A DNA stretch of 64,000 nt from an uncultured delta proteobacterium (GCA_963828255.1 CAWHDZ010000011.1:96001-160000); one strand, 5' to 3'. Positions 23,217-35,996 are shown, counted from the first letter of the stretch. A program made the numbers and translations. Notes: a model not told the origin generated them from the sequence alone.

Positions 23217-25445
23217 GTGATTCGCATCCGGATCGGCTTGGGATGGGCCTCCGACCCCGAGGTCAGGGCCGGCCTGCGGGCCGGGTCCCAGGAGCCCCGG
23301 CGGGCCGCCATCCGGGCCATCGTGGACGTCGTGGCCATCGAGGTCGAAGGGGTGGACATCGCCGCCGGGAGGACCGAGGGGCCCGTCGCCGAGGGCGTGC
23401 TCGGGATGCTCCGGGCCATCGACCGGCTGGCCGCGGGAGAGGAGCACGCCTCGGTCCCCTTCGAGGACGGGGCGGTCGAGCTCCTCCTGCACCGCCGGGG
23501 AGGGGTCGCGCTGCTCTCGGTGGCCACCCTCTCCCGGCCCGCCAGGCTGCTCGCCCACGACGTGGAGGTGGACCTTCCCCGGCTCGCCGAGGCGGCGCGG
23601 GAGGCCGCGACCGCCTTCTGCGCCCGCGTGGCGGAGATCGCCCCCTCGGCCCGCGCCCTCCCCGAGCTTCGGAGCCTCTTGCGCGCCGCAACACGGACGC
23701 CCCCGCTGGCCTCCCCGGGGCCCGTCGCCGTTCCAGCGACCCGCGCCCTGCGGACCCACCGCCGCCGGCGGGACGCGGCCTGCAGCTTCGAGATCCACGA
23801 CGAGGCGGGGCGACTGTCCACCTGGCGCGGACCGGGAACCGATCTGGATTCCCTCCTCGTCCGGGGGCGCGTCTCCTTCCGCACTCCCGCGGGGGACGAG
23901 TTCCTGTCCGTCGCCGGCGCGCCCTACCTGACCTTCCGGGACCTCTGCGCCGCGGCGGCCCGGTTCGCCGCGTCGCCGGCAGCTCCGGTCACCTTCGACC
24001 TGGCCCGCCCCGGCCGCAACGCCACCTCCCGGGTGACCGTGGCCGACGGCGCGGTCTCGGTCGGGGGGGCCGTCGCGGTCCGGTGCGGCTCCCTGGAACT
24101 CGCCCAGGCCATCCTCGAGGGGGTCGCCGACTTCTGCGCCGTCGTCCGGCGCCGCGCTCCAGGCCAGGCCGGGAACACCATGCTCTCCGATCTGGAGGCC
24201 TCGGCAGCCGTCACCCTCGCCCACGTCCTGGAGGCCCGCGAGGGTGACCGGCTCTTCGCGTCCCGGCGACGGGTCAGGACCGGCCGGGAGGAGCGCCCTT
24301 CCCGCCGTCCCCTGGGACCGGGCAGCCTGCGCCGGATCTCGTTCCGGAGCATCGCCTCCACCGACGTCGGGCCGCCGGCCGGGGAAGGGCTCCTCCTCCG
24401 GGGCGACGTCCTCGTCGCCTGCGGCCGGGAGAGGACGCTCGCGCTCGACGCAGGGCGCGGCACCATCCTCTGGAGCGCGCCCGGCGCCTTCCAGTGCACG
24501 GCCGACGACCGCGCCGTCGCGCTCCTGCGCGGGGGCACCATCGAGGCGCGCGACATCGGGAGCGGGTCGGTGATCTGGACCCGGCCGGCGCCCCCCGAGG
24601 CCGATGCCCGCAGCGCCCTCTCGCTCCCGCCCGGAGGGCGCCTGTTCGTCGCCACGGGCCCCTCCGTCTCGACATTCGACGCGTCGCGGGGCGGCGCACT
24701 CTGGACCTTCGTGTCCCCCGGGGCGGCGCGTCTCTCCCTCCTCCCGCTCGGACCGCTCCTGGTCGTGGCGTCCGACACCGGGATGGTCCACGCCCTCGAT
24801 CCGGCCGGCCAGCTCGCCTGGCGCCTGCGCGGGGCCGGGCCGCTCGCCGCTCCGGTGACGGGGTCGGGTCGCTCCTGCCTCCTCGCCTTCGTCACGCCCA
24901 CCGGCGCCACACTGGCCGCGGTGGACCCGTCCACCGGCGCACGCCTCTTCGAGACCTCCCTCGACTTCAGCCCCGCAGGCCAGCCGATCCGGTTCGCCGG
25001 GCGCATCGTGCTGGCCGGGAGCGTCGCGGGCGACGCCGTCATCGCCGCGCTCGAGGAGGACGGTACGCCGGCGTGGGCCGAGCCCTCCCCCACCGGCGGC
25101 GCGCCCTCGCTCGTTCCCTGCGGGGCGGTGCTGGTCGCCAAGGGGGCCGACGGGACCTGCGGCGCGCTGGACCGGGAGGGCAGGACGCTCTGGCTGCGAT
25201 CGTGCGCGGGGAGGCCGGTTCCTCCCGGGAACATCCCGCCGATCGCCGCGCGCGGCGTCGTCGTCGCTGCGGCGGAGGAGGTGGAGCTCCTCGACGTCTC
25301 GACGGGCGCGCCGATCGGGCGCGTCCCCGCACTCGCCCCGGCGCGGCTCTTGGTGGACGGCGACCTGACCACCTGGGCGCTCGACGCGGAGGGGCTTCTC
25401 ACCGGCGACCGCGTCCGGGGCCACCTCTCCCTGGTCGAACGCTAG
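23217..25445 (+). CDS. PQQ-like beta-propeller repeat protein with uncharacterised N-terminal half
   Basis: Repeated ALDxxxGxxLW blades in C-terminal half; GTG start with GGAGG SD. Confidence 0.75.
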   Translation: MIRIRIGLGWASDPEVRAGLRAGSQEPRRAAIRAIVDVVAIEVEGVDIAAGRTEGPVAEGVLGMLRAIDRLAAGEEHASVPFEDGAVELLLHRRGGVALLSVATLSRPARLLAHDVEVDLPRLAEAAREAATAFCARVAEIAPSARALPELRSLLRAATRTPPLASPGPVAVPATRALRTHRRRRDAACSFEIHDEAGRLSTWRGPGTDLDSLLVRGRVSFRTPAGDEFLSVAGAPYLTFRDLCAAAARFAASPAAPVTFDLARPGRNATSRVTVADGAVSVGGAVAVRCGSLELAQAILEGVADFCAVVRRRAPGQAGNTMLSDLEASAAVTLAHVLEAREGDRLFASRRRVRTGREERPSRRPLGPGSLRRISFRSIASTDVGPPAGEGLLLRGDVLVACGRERTLALDAGRGTILWSAPGAFQCTADDRAVALLRGGTIEARDIGSGSVIWTRPAPPEADARSALSLPPGGRLFVATGPSVSTFDASRGGALWTFVSPGAARLSLLPLGPLLVVASDTGMVHALDPAGQLAWRLRGAGPLAAPVTGSGRSCLLAFVTPTGATLAAVDPSTGARLFETSLDFSPAGQPIRFAGRIVLAGSVAGDAVIAALEEDGTPAWAEPSPTGGAPSLVPCGAVLVAKGADGTCGALDREGRTLWLRSCAGRPVPPGNIPPIAARGVVVAAAEEVELLDVSTGAPIGRVPALAPARLLVDGDLTTWALDAEGLLTGDRVRGHLSLVER

Positions 25446-25449
25446 CCCT

Positions 25450-26184
25450 TCACACCCCGAGGAACAGGCGCCGCCCGAAGTTGGCCGCCACCTTGGCCGC
25501 GAAGATGCGCTGGGCCGAGGTCTCGATGTCGTAGGGGACCCGCACGTACTCCACGCTCCGCGCCTCGGTGTCGTGCAGGACGAAGCAGGCCCGGTTGTCG
25601 CAGTCCCGGGGTTGCCCCACCGCACCCACGGTCACCACGTACTTGTAGCCGGGACGGAGCCGGAACTTGCGTCCCGAGACCTCGACCACCTCGCTCCCGG
25701 CCTGGAGGGCGAAGACCTTGGTGAGGTGGGAGTGGCCGATGAACGTGACCCGCGGGAGGGTGTCCACGACGGGGAGGAGCTCGGCCGCCTGCTCGCTGGC
25801 CAGGATGTAGTCGTAGGCCTCGGGATCCCGCGGGGAACCGTGGCTGAAGCCGACGTCGCCGAGCCGCGCGGCGTAGGGCAGTCCGGCCAGCCAGGCCTTG
25901 TTCTCGGGGCGCAGCACCCCCGCGGTCCAGTCGAGGGCGTGCCGGGCCGCGTCGTAGTAGAACGCGTAGTCCATGCGGGCGGTCACCGCCGCGTCGTGGT
26001 TCCCGAGGAGCGCGATCCCCACCAGGCGGCGCAGGATCTCGCAGCACTCGTTCGGGCTGGCGCCGTAGCCGACCACGTCGCCCAGCGAAACCACCATGTC
26101 CACCCCGCGCTCGGCGATGGCTCGCTCCACCTCGGTCATCGCCTCGAGGTTCGCGTGGACGTCGCTGAGGATGGCGAGCCGCAT
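25450..26184 (-). CDS. Calcineurin-like metallophosphoesterase
   Basis: SDVHAN, LGDVVGYG, GNHD, HGSP, GHSH, VGQPRD. Confidence 0.92.
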   Translation of the reverse strand: MRLAILSDVHANLEAMTEVERAIAERGVDMVVSLGDVVGYGASPNECCEILRRLVGIALLGNHDAAVTARMDYAFYYDAARHALDWTAGVLRPENKAWLAGLPYAARLGDVGFSHGSPRDPEAYDYILASEQAAELLPVVDTLPRVTFIGHSHLTKVFALQAGSEVVEVSGRKFRLRPGYKYVVTVGAVGQPRDCDNRACFVLHDTEARSVEYVRVPYDIETSAQRIFAAKVAANFGRRLFLGV

Positions 26185-26186
26185 CG

Positions 26187-27128
26187 TCAGGGTCGGGGGG
26201 CCACCGGAAGGACGTCCACGTCGAGGTCGTCGAAGTGGGCCAGGCGCCGGAACTCGGCGTAGCGGGCCCGGATCTCGTGCGGCCCCAGGTCGCGAAGCCG
26301 GTCGAGGCTGAAGCGCTCGACCGCGTAGCTCGCCAGCACGCTGCCCACCACGATGGCCCGCCGCATGGCCGGGACGTCGAGCGCGCCGGACCGGGCCAGG
26401 TACCCCATGAAGCCCCCGGCGAAGCTGTCGCCCGCTCCGGTGGGGTCGAAGAGCTCGGCCAGCGGGTAGGCGGAGCTGGCGAAGACCTCGGCGCCGGAGA
26501 AGAAGAGCGCGCCGTACTCCCCGCGCTTCACCACCACGGCGCGCGGGCCGAAGGAGAGGATGGCCTTGGCCGCCTTGACGATGTTGTGCTCGCCGGCCAG
26601 CTGGCGGGCCTCGGCGTCGTTGACGAAGAGCAGGTCCACCCGGCGCAGCACCTCGAGGAGGGCCTTCTTCTTCGAGGTGATCCAGAAGTTCATGGTGTCG
26701 GCCGCCACGATTCGCGGCGCCCGCACCTGGTCGAGCACGGAGAGCTGCAGCTCCGGGTCGATGTTGCCCAGGAAGACGTGGCTCGAGTCGCGGAAGGGAT
26801 CGGGGAGGACGGGGCGGAAGTCGGCGAAGACGTTGAGCTGGGTGTCGAGGGTGTGGGCCTGGTTCAGGTCGAACTCGTAGCGACCCGACCAGCGGAAGGT
26901 CCGCCCGGGGCGCCGCTCCAGGCCGGAGACGTCCACGCCGCGCCCGCGCAGGAACTCCACGTGTTCCTGGGGGAAGTCCTCCCCGACCACCGCGACCACC
27001 CGGACCGGGGCGAAGAAGCTCGCCGCCGTGGAGAAGTAGGTAGCCGACCCCCCCAGCACGTCCTCCCGGACGCCGAAGGGCGTCTGGAGCGAGTCGAGCG
27101 CAACCGAACCGACCGCGAGCAGGGCCAT
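26187..27128 (-). CDS. PfkB family carbohydrate/nucleoside kinase
   Basis: GGSATY, DTMNFWI, KRGEYG, DPTGAGDSFAGG. Confidence 0.92.
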   Translation of the reverse strand: MALLAVGSVALDSLQTPFGVREDVLGGSATYFSTAASFFAPVRVVAVVGEDFPQEHVEFLRGRGVDVSGLERRPGRTFRWSGRYEFDLNQAHTLDTQLNVFADFRPVLPDPFRDSSHVFLGNIDPELQLSVLDQVRAPRIVAADTMNFWITSKKKALLEVLRRVDLLFVNDAEARQLAGEHNIVKAAKAILSFGPRAVVVKRGEYGALFFSGAEVFASSAYPLAELFDPTGAGDSFAGGFMGYLARSGALDVPAMRRAIVVGSVLASYAVERFSLDRLRDLGPHEIRARYAEFRRLAHFDDLDVDVLPVAPRP

Positions 27129-27139
27129 GGTGCGGTGCT

Positions 27140-28258
27140 CTACCCCGCGGAACCACGGCCGGTCAACGTCGGCGTTCGATCCGCGCCCCGACGGCGAGGA
27201 TCCCCCGGACCTCCCTCGGCCGCGAGCTGCCCGCAGGCCGCCGCGATGTCGCGACCCCGGTTGCGGCGCACCACGGCGGTCACGTTGGCAGCCACGAGCC
27301 TGTCCCGGAAGGCCTCGACGCGCCCCGGCTCGGGCGCCCGGAACCCCAGCCCGGGGTTCTCGTTGTACGGGATGAGGTTCACCTTGGCCGGGATTCCCTT
27401 CACCAGCCGGGAGAGCCGGACGGCGTCCTCGTCGGTGTCGTTCACGCCCCCGAGCAGCACGTACTCGAAGGTGATGCGCCGCCCCTTCTTCATGGGGAAG
27501 TCACGGCAGGCGGCGAGCAGGTCCCGGAGCGGCCAGCGCCGGTTGAGCGGCATGAGCGCGCTGCGCACCTCGTCGGTGGTGGCGTTCAGGGAGACCGCGA
27601 GCTTCACGTCGGTCTCCTCCCCGAAGCGGCGCATCTCCGGGACGATCCCCGCCGTGGACACGGTCACGTGCCTGTTGGAGAAGTTGGGCCCGTCCTCGGA
27701 GAGCAGGACGTCGAGGGCCGCCTTGACGTTGTCGTAGTTGTGGAGCGGCTCACCCATCCCCATGAAGACCAGGTTGGTGAGGGGGCGCGGCGGGGAGCCC
27801 TCCTCGAGCTCGATCAGGCGGCGGTTGGCCCGTGCCACCTGGTCCACGATCTCGCCGGAGGTGAGGTTCCGGGAGAGCCCCATCGTCCCCGTCATGCAGA
27901 AGGTGCAGCCCACCGCGCAACCGGCCTGGGTGGAGACGCAGAGGGTCTTCCGCCCCGTCTCGGGCATGTAGACCGACTCGATGAGCTTCCCGTCCACGGT
28001 GCGCCAGGTCCACTTGATGGTCCCGTCGGAGGAGCGGCGCTCCTCGGCCCGCTCCAGGGCGGAGAGCGGGATCTCGGCGGCGATCCGGGCCCGCAGGGCG
28101 GCCGGGAGGTCGCTCATCTCGTCGAGCGTGGCCGCGCCCTTCTGGTGCAGCCAGCGGAAGATCTGGCGGGAACGGTAGGGCTTCTCCCCCAGCCGGGCAA
28201 CCAGCGCGTCCACCCCGGCGCGGGAGAGCGACCGGAGATCCGCGAGGGCCGGCGGCAC
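27140..28258 (-). CDS. rlmN: 23S rRNA (adenine(2503)-C2) methyltransferase
   Basis: CVSTQAGCAVGCTFCMTG, VFMGMGEP, NLIPYN, DIAAACGQL. Confidence 0.96.
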   Translation of the reverse strand: MPPALADLRSLSRAGVDALVARLGEKPYRSRQIFRWLHQKGAATLDEMSDLPAALRARIAAEIPLSALERAEERRSSDGTIKWTWRTVDGKLIESVYMPETGRKTLCVSTQAGCAVGCTFCMTGTMGLSRNLTSGEIVDQVARANRRLIELEEGSPPRPLTNLVFMGMGEPLHNYDNVKAALDVLLSEDGPNFSNRHVTVSTAGIVPEMRRFGEETDVKLAVSLNATTDEVRSALMPLNRRWPLRDLLAACRDFPMKKGRRITFEYVLLGGVNDTDEDAVRLSRLVKGIPAKVNLIPYNENPGLGFRAPEPGRVEAFRDRLVAANVTAVVRRNRGRDIAAACGQLAAEGGPGDPRRRGADRTPTLTGRGSAG

Positions 28259-28260
28259 GG

Positions 28261-29610
28261 TCAGCCCCCCTCGACGGCAGCCGGGACCGGCTCGGGCCGC
28301 GCGATCTCCACCCGGGTGACCCGCCTGTCGTCGGCTCCACGCACGGTGAACCGGAACCCGTCGCAGTCCACGTGGGCGCCGACGGAGGGGACGCGCCCGG
28401 CGGTCGCCGTGACGAACCCCCCCAGCGTCTCGTAGTCCCCCTCGTCCGGGAAGCGCAGGACGCCCCGCTCCCCCGGCTCGACCCCGTTCTCGCGGTCGAT
28501 GTACTCCTCCAGCTCCCGCAACGGGACCGCCGCGTCGGCCATCCAGACTCCAGCGCCCACCTTCTTCACCTGGGCGGACTCGGCGTCCCCCTCGTCCTGG
28601 ATCTCGCCGACGATCTCCTCGAGCACGTCCTCGAGCGTGACCACGCCGCTCGTGCCGCCGAACTCGTCCACCACCACGGCGAGGTGGGTCTTGCGCCGCT
28701 GCATCTCCTTGAGGAGCCGCGAGACCTTCATCTGCTCGGGCACGAAGAAGGCGGGCTTGAGCACCCGGTCCCAGGGGATGGGTTGCGGCCCCCGGGCCAC
28801 CTCGAGGACGATGTCGCGCACCATGAGGATCCCCACGATGTTGTCGGCCGACCCCTCGTAGACCGGCATGCGGCTGTAGGGGTTCTCGGTGACCACCCGG
28901 ACGATCTCGTCGCGTGGCGCGTCGCGGTCGAGGGCCACCATCCGGGTCCGCGGGACCATGATCTCCTTCACCACCCGGTCGGCGAACTCGAGGACGCTGT
29001 TGAGCAGCTCCTCCTTCACCTCGTCGAGCACGCCCTCGCGGGTACCCATCTCGATGATGTACTCGATCTCCTCGCTGGTCACCGCCGGGCCGGGCGGGAT
29101 CTTTCCGCCGCCGAAGAGGCGCATCAGCCCGTGGGTGGCGCGGACCAACCCGATCGAGATGGGCCAGAGGATCCACGAGATGGCGCTCACGAAGGGGATG
29201 AGCGCCATCGAGAACTGGATCGGGTGGCGCTTGGCGAGGGTCTTGGGCACGACCTCGCCGGCGAAGAGGACCACCACCGTCGCCACGCCGGTGGCCACGC
29301 CGAGCGCGGTCGCGGGTGAGAACCCGTGGGCCGAGGCCACGCTCGCCGCGATCTCGCCGGCCAGCACGCCTCCGCCGATGTTGAGGAGGGTGTTGGTGAC
29401 GAGCACTGCCGAGAGGACGCGCTCCGGGTGCTCCAGCCAGACCCTCATGAGCCGGGCGCGCCTCCCCCCCGACTCGACCAGCTGTCGTGTCCGCAATTCG
29501 CCGAGCGCGGTCAGCGCGGTCTCGGACGCCGACGTGGCTGCGGAGCCCAGCACCACGCCCGCAGCGGCAAACCATTCCCATGTCGGAGGTCCCAGCACGT
29601 GCCCTTCCAT
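28261..29610 (-). CDS. Hemolysin/CNNM family protein (DUF21-CBS-CorC)
   Basis: SASETAL, GEVVPK, MVPRTRM, VVDEFGG, TLEDVLEEIVGEIQDE, YETLGG. Confidence 0.92.
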   Translation of the reverse strand: MEGHVLGPPTWEWFAAAGVVLGSAATSASETALTALGELRTRQLVESGGRRARLMRVWLEHPERVLSAVLVTNTLLNIGGGVLAGEIAASVASAHGFSPATALGVATGVATVVVLFAGEVVPKTLAKRHPIQFSMALIPFVSAISWILWPISIGLVRATHGLMRLFGGGKIPPGPAVTSEEIEYIIEMGTREGVLDEVKEELLNSVLEFADRVVKEIMVPRTRMVALDRDAPRDEIVRVVTENPYSRMPVYEGSADNIVGILMVRDIVLEVARGPQPIPWDRVLKPAFFVPEQMKVSRLLKEMQRRKTHLAVVVDEFGGTSGVVTLEDVLEEIVGEIQDEGDAESAQVKKVGAGVWMADAAVPLRELEEYIDRENGVEPGERGVLRFPDEGDYETLGGFVTATAGRVPSVGAHVDCDGFRFTVRGADDRRVTRVEIARPEPVPAAVEGG

Positions 29611-29680
29611 ATAGCGCAGCGCCCCGGTCCGGGCCTTGCCGGACGGGGCGCATCACAACAAGATGAACGAGATCAGGCGC

Positions 29681-30124
29681 TTAGAGCTTGCCCTTCCAGT
29701 CGTAGGCGTGGACCTCGATCTCCGGGAAGAAGTAGGAGATCTCGACCTTGGCGGTCTCCGGGGCGTCGGACCCGTGGACCGTGTTCTTCTCGATGTCGGT
29801 CGCGAAGTCGGCGCGCAGGGTGCCTGCCGCAGCCTTCTTCGGATCGGTCGCTCCCATGACCTCGCGGTTCCTGGCGATCGCACCCTCGCCCTCGAGGACC
29901 ATGAGGACGACCGGGCCGCTCGTCATGGACTTGACCAGGTCCGCGAAGAAGGGGCGCGCCCGGTGGACGGCGTAGAAGCCCTCCGCCTCGGCCTGCGACA
30001 GCCGCTTCAGCTTCATGGCCACGGGCTTCAGGCCGACCGCCTCGAAGCGGGCGATGACGCGGCCGATGACGCCCTTCTCGACCCCGTCCGGCTTGATGAT
30101 GGAAAACGTCCTCTCGATCGCCAT
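29681..30124 (-). CDS. ndk: Nucleoside diphosphate kinase
   Basis: [22 protein letters not shown]. Confidence 0.98.
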   Translation of the reverse strand: MAIERTFSIIKPDGVEKGVIGRVIARFEAVGLKPVAMKLKRLSQAEAEGFYAVHRARPFFADLVKSMTSGPVVLMVLEGEGAIARNREVMGATDPKKAAAGTLRADFATDIEKNTVHGSDAPETAKVEISYFFPEIEVHAYDWKGKL

Positions 30125-30140
30125 GTTTCTCTCCTGTTCG

Positions 30141-31193
30141 TTAACGCCTGGACGGCTTCTTCTTCGCCGGCGCGACCTTCGCTGCCGGCTTCGCCGCGGC
30201 CTTCGACGCCGCCCTGGGCGGGGCCTTGGCGGAAGCCTTGGCCGGGACCTTGGACAGCGCCTTCGGGACAGCCACCTTTGCCGGGGCCGCCGCGGGGGCC
30301 GCCGCCTTGGCCTTGCGCCCTGCCAGCAGGTCCTTCATGGCCGCTCCCAGCACGGAGGGGGACTCGCAGACCAAGATGCCGGCGTCCCGCATGACGGCCA
30401 TCTTGGCCTCGGCGGTGTCGCCCCCGCCCGAGATGACGGCTCCGGCGTGCCCCATGCGCTTCCCGGGAGGGGCGGTGCGGCCAGCGATGAATCCCACCAC
30501 CGGCTTCGTCATGTTGGCCTTGACCCACTCGGCGCCGCGGGCCTCCTCGGTGCCGCCGATCTCGCCGATCATGATGACGCCGTCGGTTTCCGGGTCGGCC
30601 TCGAAGAGTCGCAGCACCTCGATGAAGTCGAAGCCGTGGACCGGGTCGCCGCCGATGCCCACCGCTGTGGTCTGGCCGAGCCCGGTCTGGGTGAGCTGCA
30701 GCACCGCCTCGTAGGTGAGCGTGCCGGAGCGCGAGACCACGCCGATGCGCCCGGGACGGTGGATGTGCCCGGGCATGATGCCGATCTTGCACTGGCCCGG
30801 GGTGATGACGCCGGGGCAGTTGGGCCCGAGCAGCCTCACGCCCGGCTGGTCCTGCAGGTAGCGCTTCACCCGCACCATGTCGAGGACCGGGATTCCCTCG
30901 GTGATGGCGACGACCAGCGGGATGCCGGCGTCGGCGGCCTCGAGGATCGAGTCGGCGGCGAACGGGGGTGGGACGAAGACGGCCGACGCGTTGGCGCCGG
31001 TCTCCCGGACCGCCTGCTCGACCGTGTTGAAGATGGGCACCTGCCCCTGGAAGCGCGTACCGCCTCGTCCCGGGGTGACGCCGGCCACGATCTTGGTGCC
31101 GTAGGCCAGCATCTGCTCCGAGTGGAAGCTGCCGGCGGAGCCGGTGATGCCCTGGACGACGACGCGCGTGTTTCGATCGACGAGGATGCTCAC
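30141..31193 (-). CDS. sucD: Succinyl-CoA synthetase alpha subunit with Ala/Lys/Pro-rich C-terminal extension
   Basis: [36 protein letters not shown] start with GGAGG SD. Confidence 0.97.
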   Translation of the reverse strand: MSILVDRNTRVVVQGITGSAGSFHSEQMLAYGTKIVAGVTPGRGGTRFQGQVPIFNTVEQAVRETGANASAVFVPPPFAADSILEAADAGIPLVVAITEGIPVLDMVRVKRYLQDQPGVRLLGPNCPGVITPGQCKIGIMPGHIHRPGRIGVVSRSGTLTYEAVLQLTQTGLGQTTAVGIGGDPVHGFDFIEVLRLFEADPETDGVIMIGEIGGTEEARGAEWVKANMTKPVVGFIAGRTAPPGKRMGHAGAVISGGGDTAEAKMAVMRDAGILVCESPSVLGAAMKDLLAGRKAKAAAPAAAPAKVAVPKALSKVPAKASAKAPPRAASKAAAKPAAKVAPAKKKPSRR

Positions 31194-31207
31194 GGTGTTC
31201 CTCCCGC

Positions 31208-32380
<1,173 letters not shown>

Positions 32381-32525
32381 CGGGGCCTCCTGATGGTCAC
32401 CCTGCGGGGGCGGCTCTGCCTCCTGCGGGCCTCTCTTCTATACGGAATGCGCTCCTTGGGGTGCGAAAAGAGGCGGGCCCGCCCCGAAGAGCAGGCCCGA
32501 GCGGGACTCCGGATGGACGGGGCGT

Positions 32526-33564
<1,039 letters not shown>

Positions 33565-33649
33565 TTCGACGTGTTCCGCTGCCCGTGCCCAGCTGAGGGC
33601 TGACCGAACGAACCGGACCTGACCTTCCCGGCGGGCGCCGACCTGGCTT

Positions 33650-35224
33650 TCACGGACCGGCGAACGGCTGGGACTGTGCATCGTCGGTGAGGAACGTGGA
33701 CAGCAGGGCTTCGAGGCGCACCGGGATGCCTGGCGTTGCGGTCGCGGCGAGATTGCGTCCACTCGGTCCCGATGGTCGACTGATGCCTTCGTCGACCCGT
33801 TCGAGCAGATACGGGAAGAACGGATTGGACGGAAGGCGCGTCAGGAAATCCTGGTCGACCACCAGCGTTCCACGTTCGCCGCGTGCGCTCATGGCGCCGA
33901 GACTGAAGCCGAACTCGGGCGGCGCCCTCGGGTCGGGCTGAAGGCCGTACAGCGGGTCGTCCATGGGAATCGGGATCGCCAGGTGCGACAGCGAGAAGAC
34001 GCCGGGTGGATACGGCAGGTTCAGTGCGCGGTCCTCCGATCGCAACTGTCCCGGCGCGATGCTGCGCTCGACCGTGGCGTCGCTGTCGTCGCTCGCATTC
34101 ACGATCGACGTGAAGCGATACGGCTGCGGAGACGTCGGCGTCAGCCGATCGAGCGCGACGTAGGCGGAGGGGCGCAGAAGCGGGCCGAATTTCACGGTCC
34201 GGTTCACGTCGAACAGAACGATCTCGCTGCCATTGTCGGGCAGGAGCGAATACAGCGCCGTCAGGATCGCCGGCGTGCTGACGGTGAAATCGACGACCGA
34301 CTGGAAGGTCAGGACCGGCGGCAGGCTTCCGAGTTGGCCGGCACGCGCCAGGCGCTGGATCTGGCTTTGCAGCGCATCGGTCAGCCGATACGACTGGCGG
34401 GCGCCGTTGACCGGGAACGAGTTGTACTTGAACGGGTTGAACTCCGGCAGGACGCTGAGCCAGGCCGCGTTCGCGAACGGCGGCAGCACGGCGGGGAGGC
34501 CGGCCAGACCGGCAAAGCGCGCAAAGCGCGTGATCCCGATCATCGGCGTGATCAATACGACGCGGTCGGCCCGGGGAAGCCTCGGATCTTCGATCGCCTC
34601 GAGCGCATGTCTCATGGCCAGCGCGCCGCCGTTCGAGAACCCGACCAGATGCAATGGCCCCGGGGCGGGCACACGCCGGCGTGCCTCGCGGATCGCAAGC
34701 CGCGTGGCGGCCATCCAATCTTCCCAGCGAACTTCGGTCAGGCCGGCCGGCACGGTGCCGTGCCCCGGCAAGCGGACCCCGATCGCCACGTAGCCGCGAT
34801 CGCGGTAAAGCTTCGCGATGTGCCGCAGGCTGTAGGGTGAGTCCGTCAGCCCGTGCAGCAGCACCGCCGTGCCGATCGGCTCGCCGTCGGGCTCCATGAC
34901 ATACGATCGGTTCCAGTCCTGGGCGAAGCGCGCCGGATAGACCGGGCTTTGCGCGAAGTAGCGGTTGATCGGCACGCGCGCGTCCGGATCGAGCTTCTGG
35001 CTGACCTCGGCGCGAACGCTTTCGAAGATCGCCCCTTCCTGTGCGAGATAGCGGGCCCAGTCGGCACCGTCGAGGTCGACCTGGCGCAACTCGGCCGGCA
35101 CGAAGGTGTGCCAGGGCTGCAACGCGGGGCCGCTCAATGCCCGATACGACCGCAGCCCGAGCATGGCCGCGCCGACCACGGCGACGCCGATCAACACCCA
35201 CTTCAAGAACCTCTTGATCCCCAT
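33650..35224 (-). CDS. Membrane-anchored alpha/beta hydrolase (lysophospholipase-like)
   Basis: N-terminal TM helix, LHGLTDSP, LPGHGT, nucleophile GFSNG; more A/T-ending codons than neighbours. Confidence 0.85.
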   Translation of the reverse strand: MGIKRFLKWVLIGVAVVGAAMLGLRSYRALSGPALQPWHTFVPAELRQVDLDGADWARYLAQEGAIFESVRAEVSQKLDPDARVPINRYFAQSPVYPARFAQDWNRSYVMEPDGEPIGTAVLLHGLTDSPYSLRHIAKLYRDRGYVAIGVRLPGHGTVPAGLTEVRWEDWMAATRLAIREARRRVPAPGPLHLVGFSNGGALAMRHALEAIEDPRLPRADRVVLITPMIGITRFARFAGLAGLPAVLPPFANAAWLSVLPEFNPFKYNSFPVNGARQSYRLTDALQSQIQRLARAGQLGSLPPVLTFQSVVDFTVSTPAILTALYSLLPDNGSEIVLFDVNRTVKFGPLLRPSAYVALDRLTPTSPQPYRFTSIVNASDDSDATVERSIAPGQLRSEDRALNLPYPPGVFSLSHLAIPIPMDDPLYGLQPDPRAPPEFGFSLGAMSARGERGTLVVDQDFLTRLPSNPFFPYLLERVDEGISRPSGPSGRNLAATATPGIPVRLEALLSTFLTDDAQSQPFAGP

Positions 35225-35455
35225 CTGCGTCGTCTCCCTTCGCGCCGAAGCGCGCCTGTCCGTCCTGGCAAGGCGGCCTGAGTGTCCTCCCATGAAGCGG
35301 CGTCCCGCTGCAAATCGTGAGCTTCCCGTCCTCACCCTCGCCCTCGCCCGGCCGTTCCAGCCCGGGCGGCCCCGTCGCCAGACCGTCTCCAGGCCGGAGG
35401 TCGATTCCGGTGGACTTGCGGGGTCTGGCGTCGACGACGCAGGGGAGATGGCCCG

Positions 35456-35650
35456 TCACTCCGAACGATCGGGGTCCGCTGGAATGGCTGCCGGGCCGCC
35501 GGACTTCCGCCGTGCCTCCTCGGCGCGCAGGGCGAACGTCCGAGCCTGCCAGAGCCAGTCGAGCCGCTGCCGGCTGGTGAGACGAAGCCACGCCTGGCGC
35601 TGCTGTCGCTCGTGGCCGCTCCAGCCGGGCTCCGGCATCGAGTCAACCAT
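35456..35650 (-). CDS. Small hypothetical protein, likely partner of a nucleotidyltransferase-type TA pair
   Basis: QRQAWLRLTSRQRLDWL; ATG overlaps the stop of the upstream RPKD fragment. Confidence 0.5.
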   Translation of the reverse strand: MVDSMPEPGWSGHERQQRQAWLRLTSRQRLDWLWQARTFALRAEEARRKSGGPAAIPADPDRSE

Positions 35651-35711
35651 TCCGGCGCTCCCTCTCGATGGCCTCGAGCATCCGGATGTCTTCCAGGTCC
35701 TTCGGGCGCCC
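35643..35711 (-). pseudogene. C-terminal relic of a nucleotidyltransferase (DUF6036/AbiEii-like)
   Basis: GRPKDLEDIRML motif; upstream frame loses protein-like character. Confidence 0.5.
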
Positions 35712-35920
35712 ACGGGGACAGCGTAGCAGAGGGCCAGGATTCCGGCGAAAGGGGCGGGAGAGCCATGTCTCTGCCGTGAGCCAGCCCCCTCCCAGCCCGC
35801 GCACCCAGGTCCGACGCCTCCCCTTCCCGGGGCGAGCGGTCCCCTTCAGACTCGAGGGGCGCCTTGGATCTCCTACACGCCACCCACGTGGGCCTACAGG
35901 CGAGATCGAGCAAGCATGCG

Positions 35921-35948
35921 CATTGTTCCATTCATGACACAATGAATG
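35921..35948. promoter_or_regulatory. AT-rich palindromic operator candidate
   Basis: CATTCAT-gacaca-ATGAATG (35929-35948) overlapped by CATTGT...ACAATG. Confidence 0.45.
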
Positions 35949-35996
35949 CCATTCCCGCATCTAACGCCACGTCGGCGCGATCCGTATCGTCGACGA

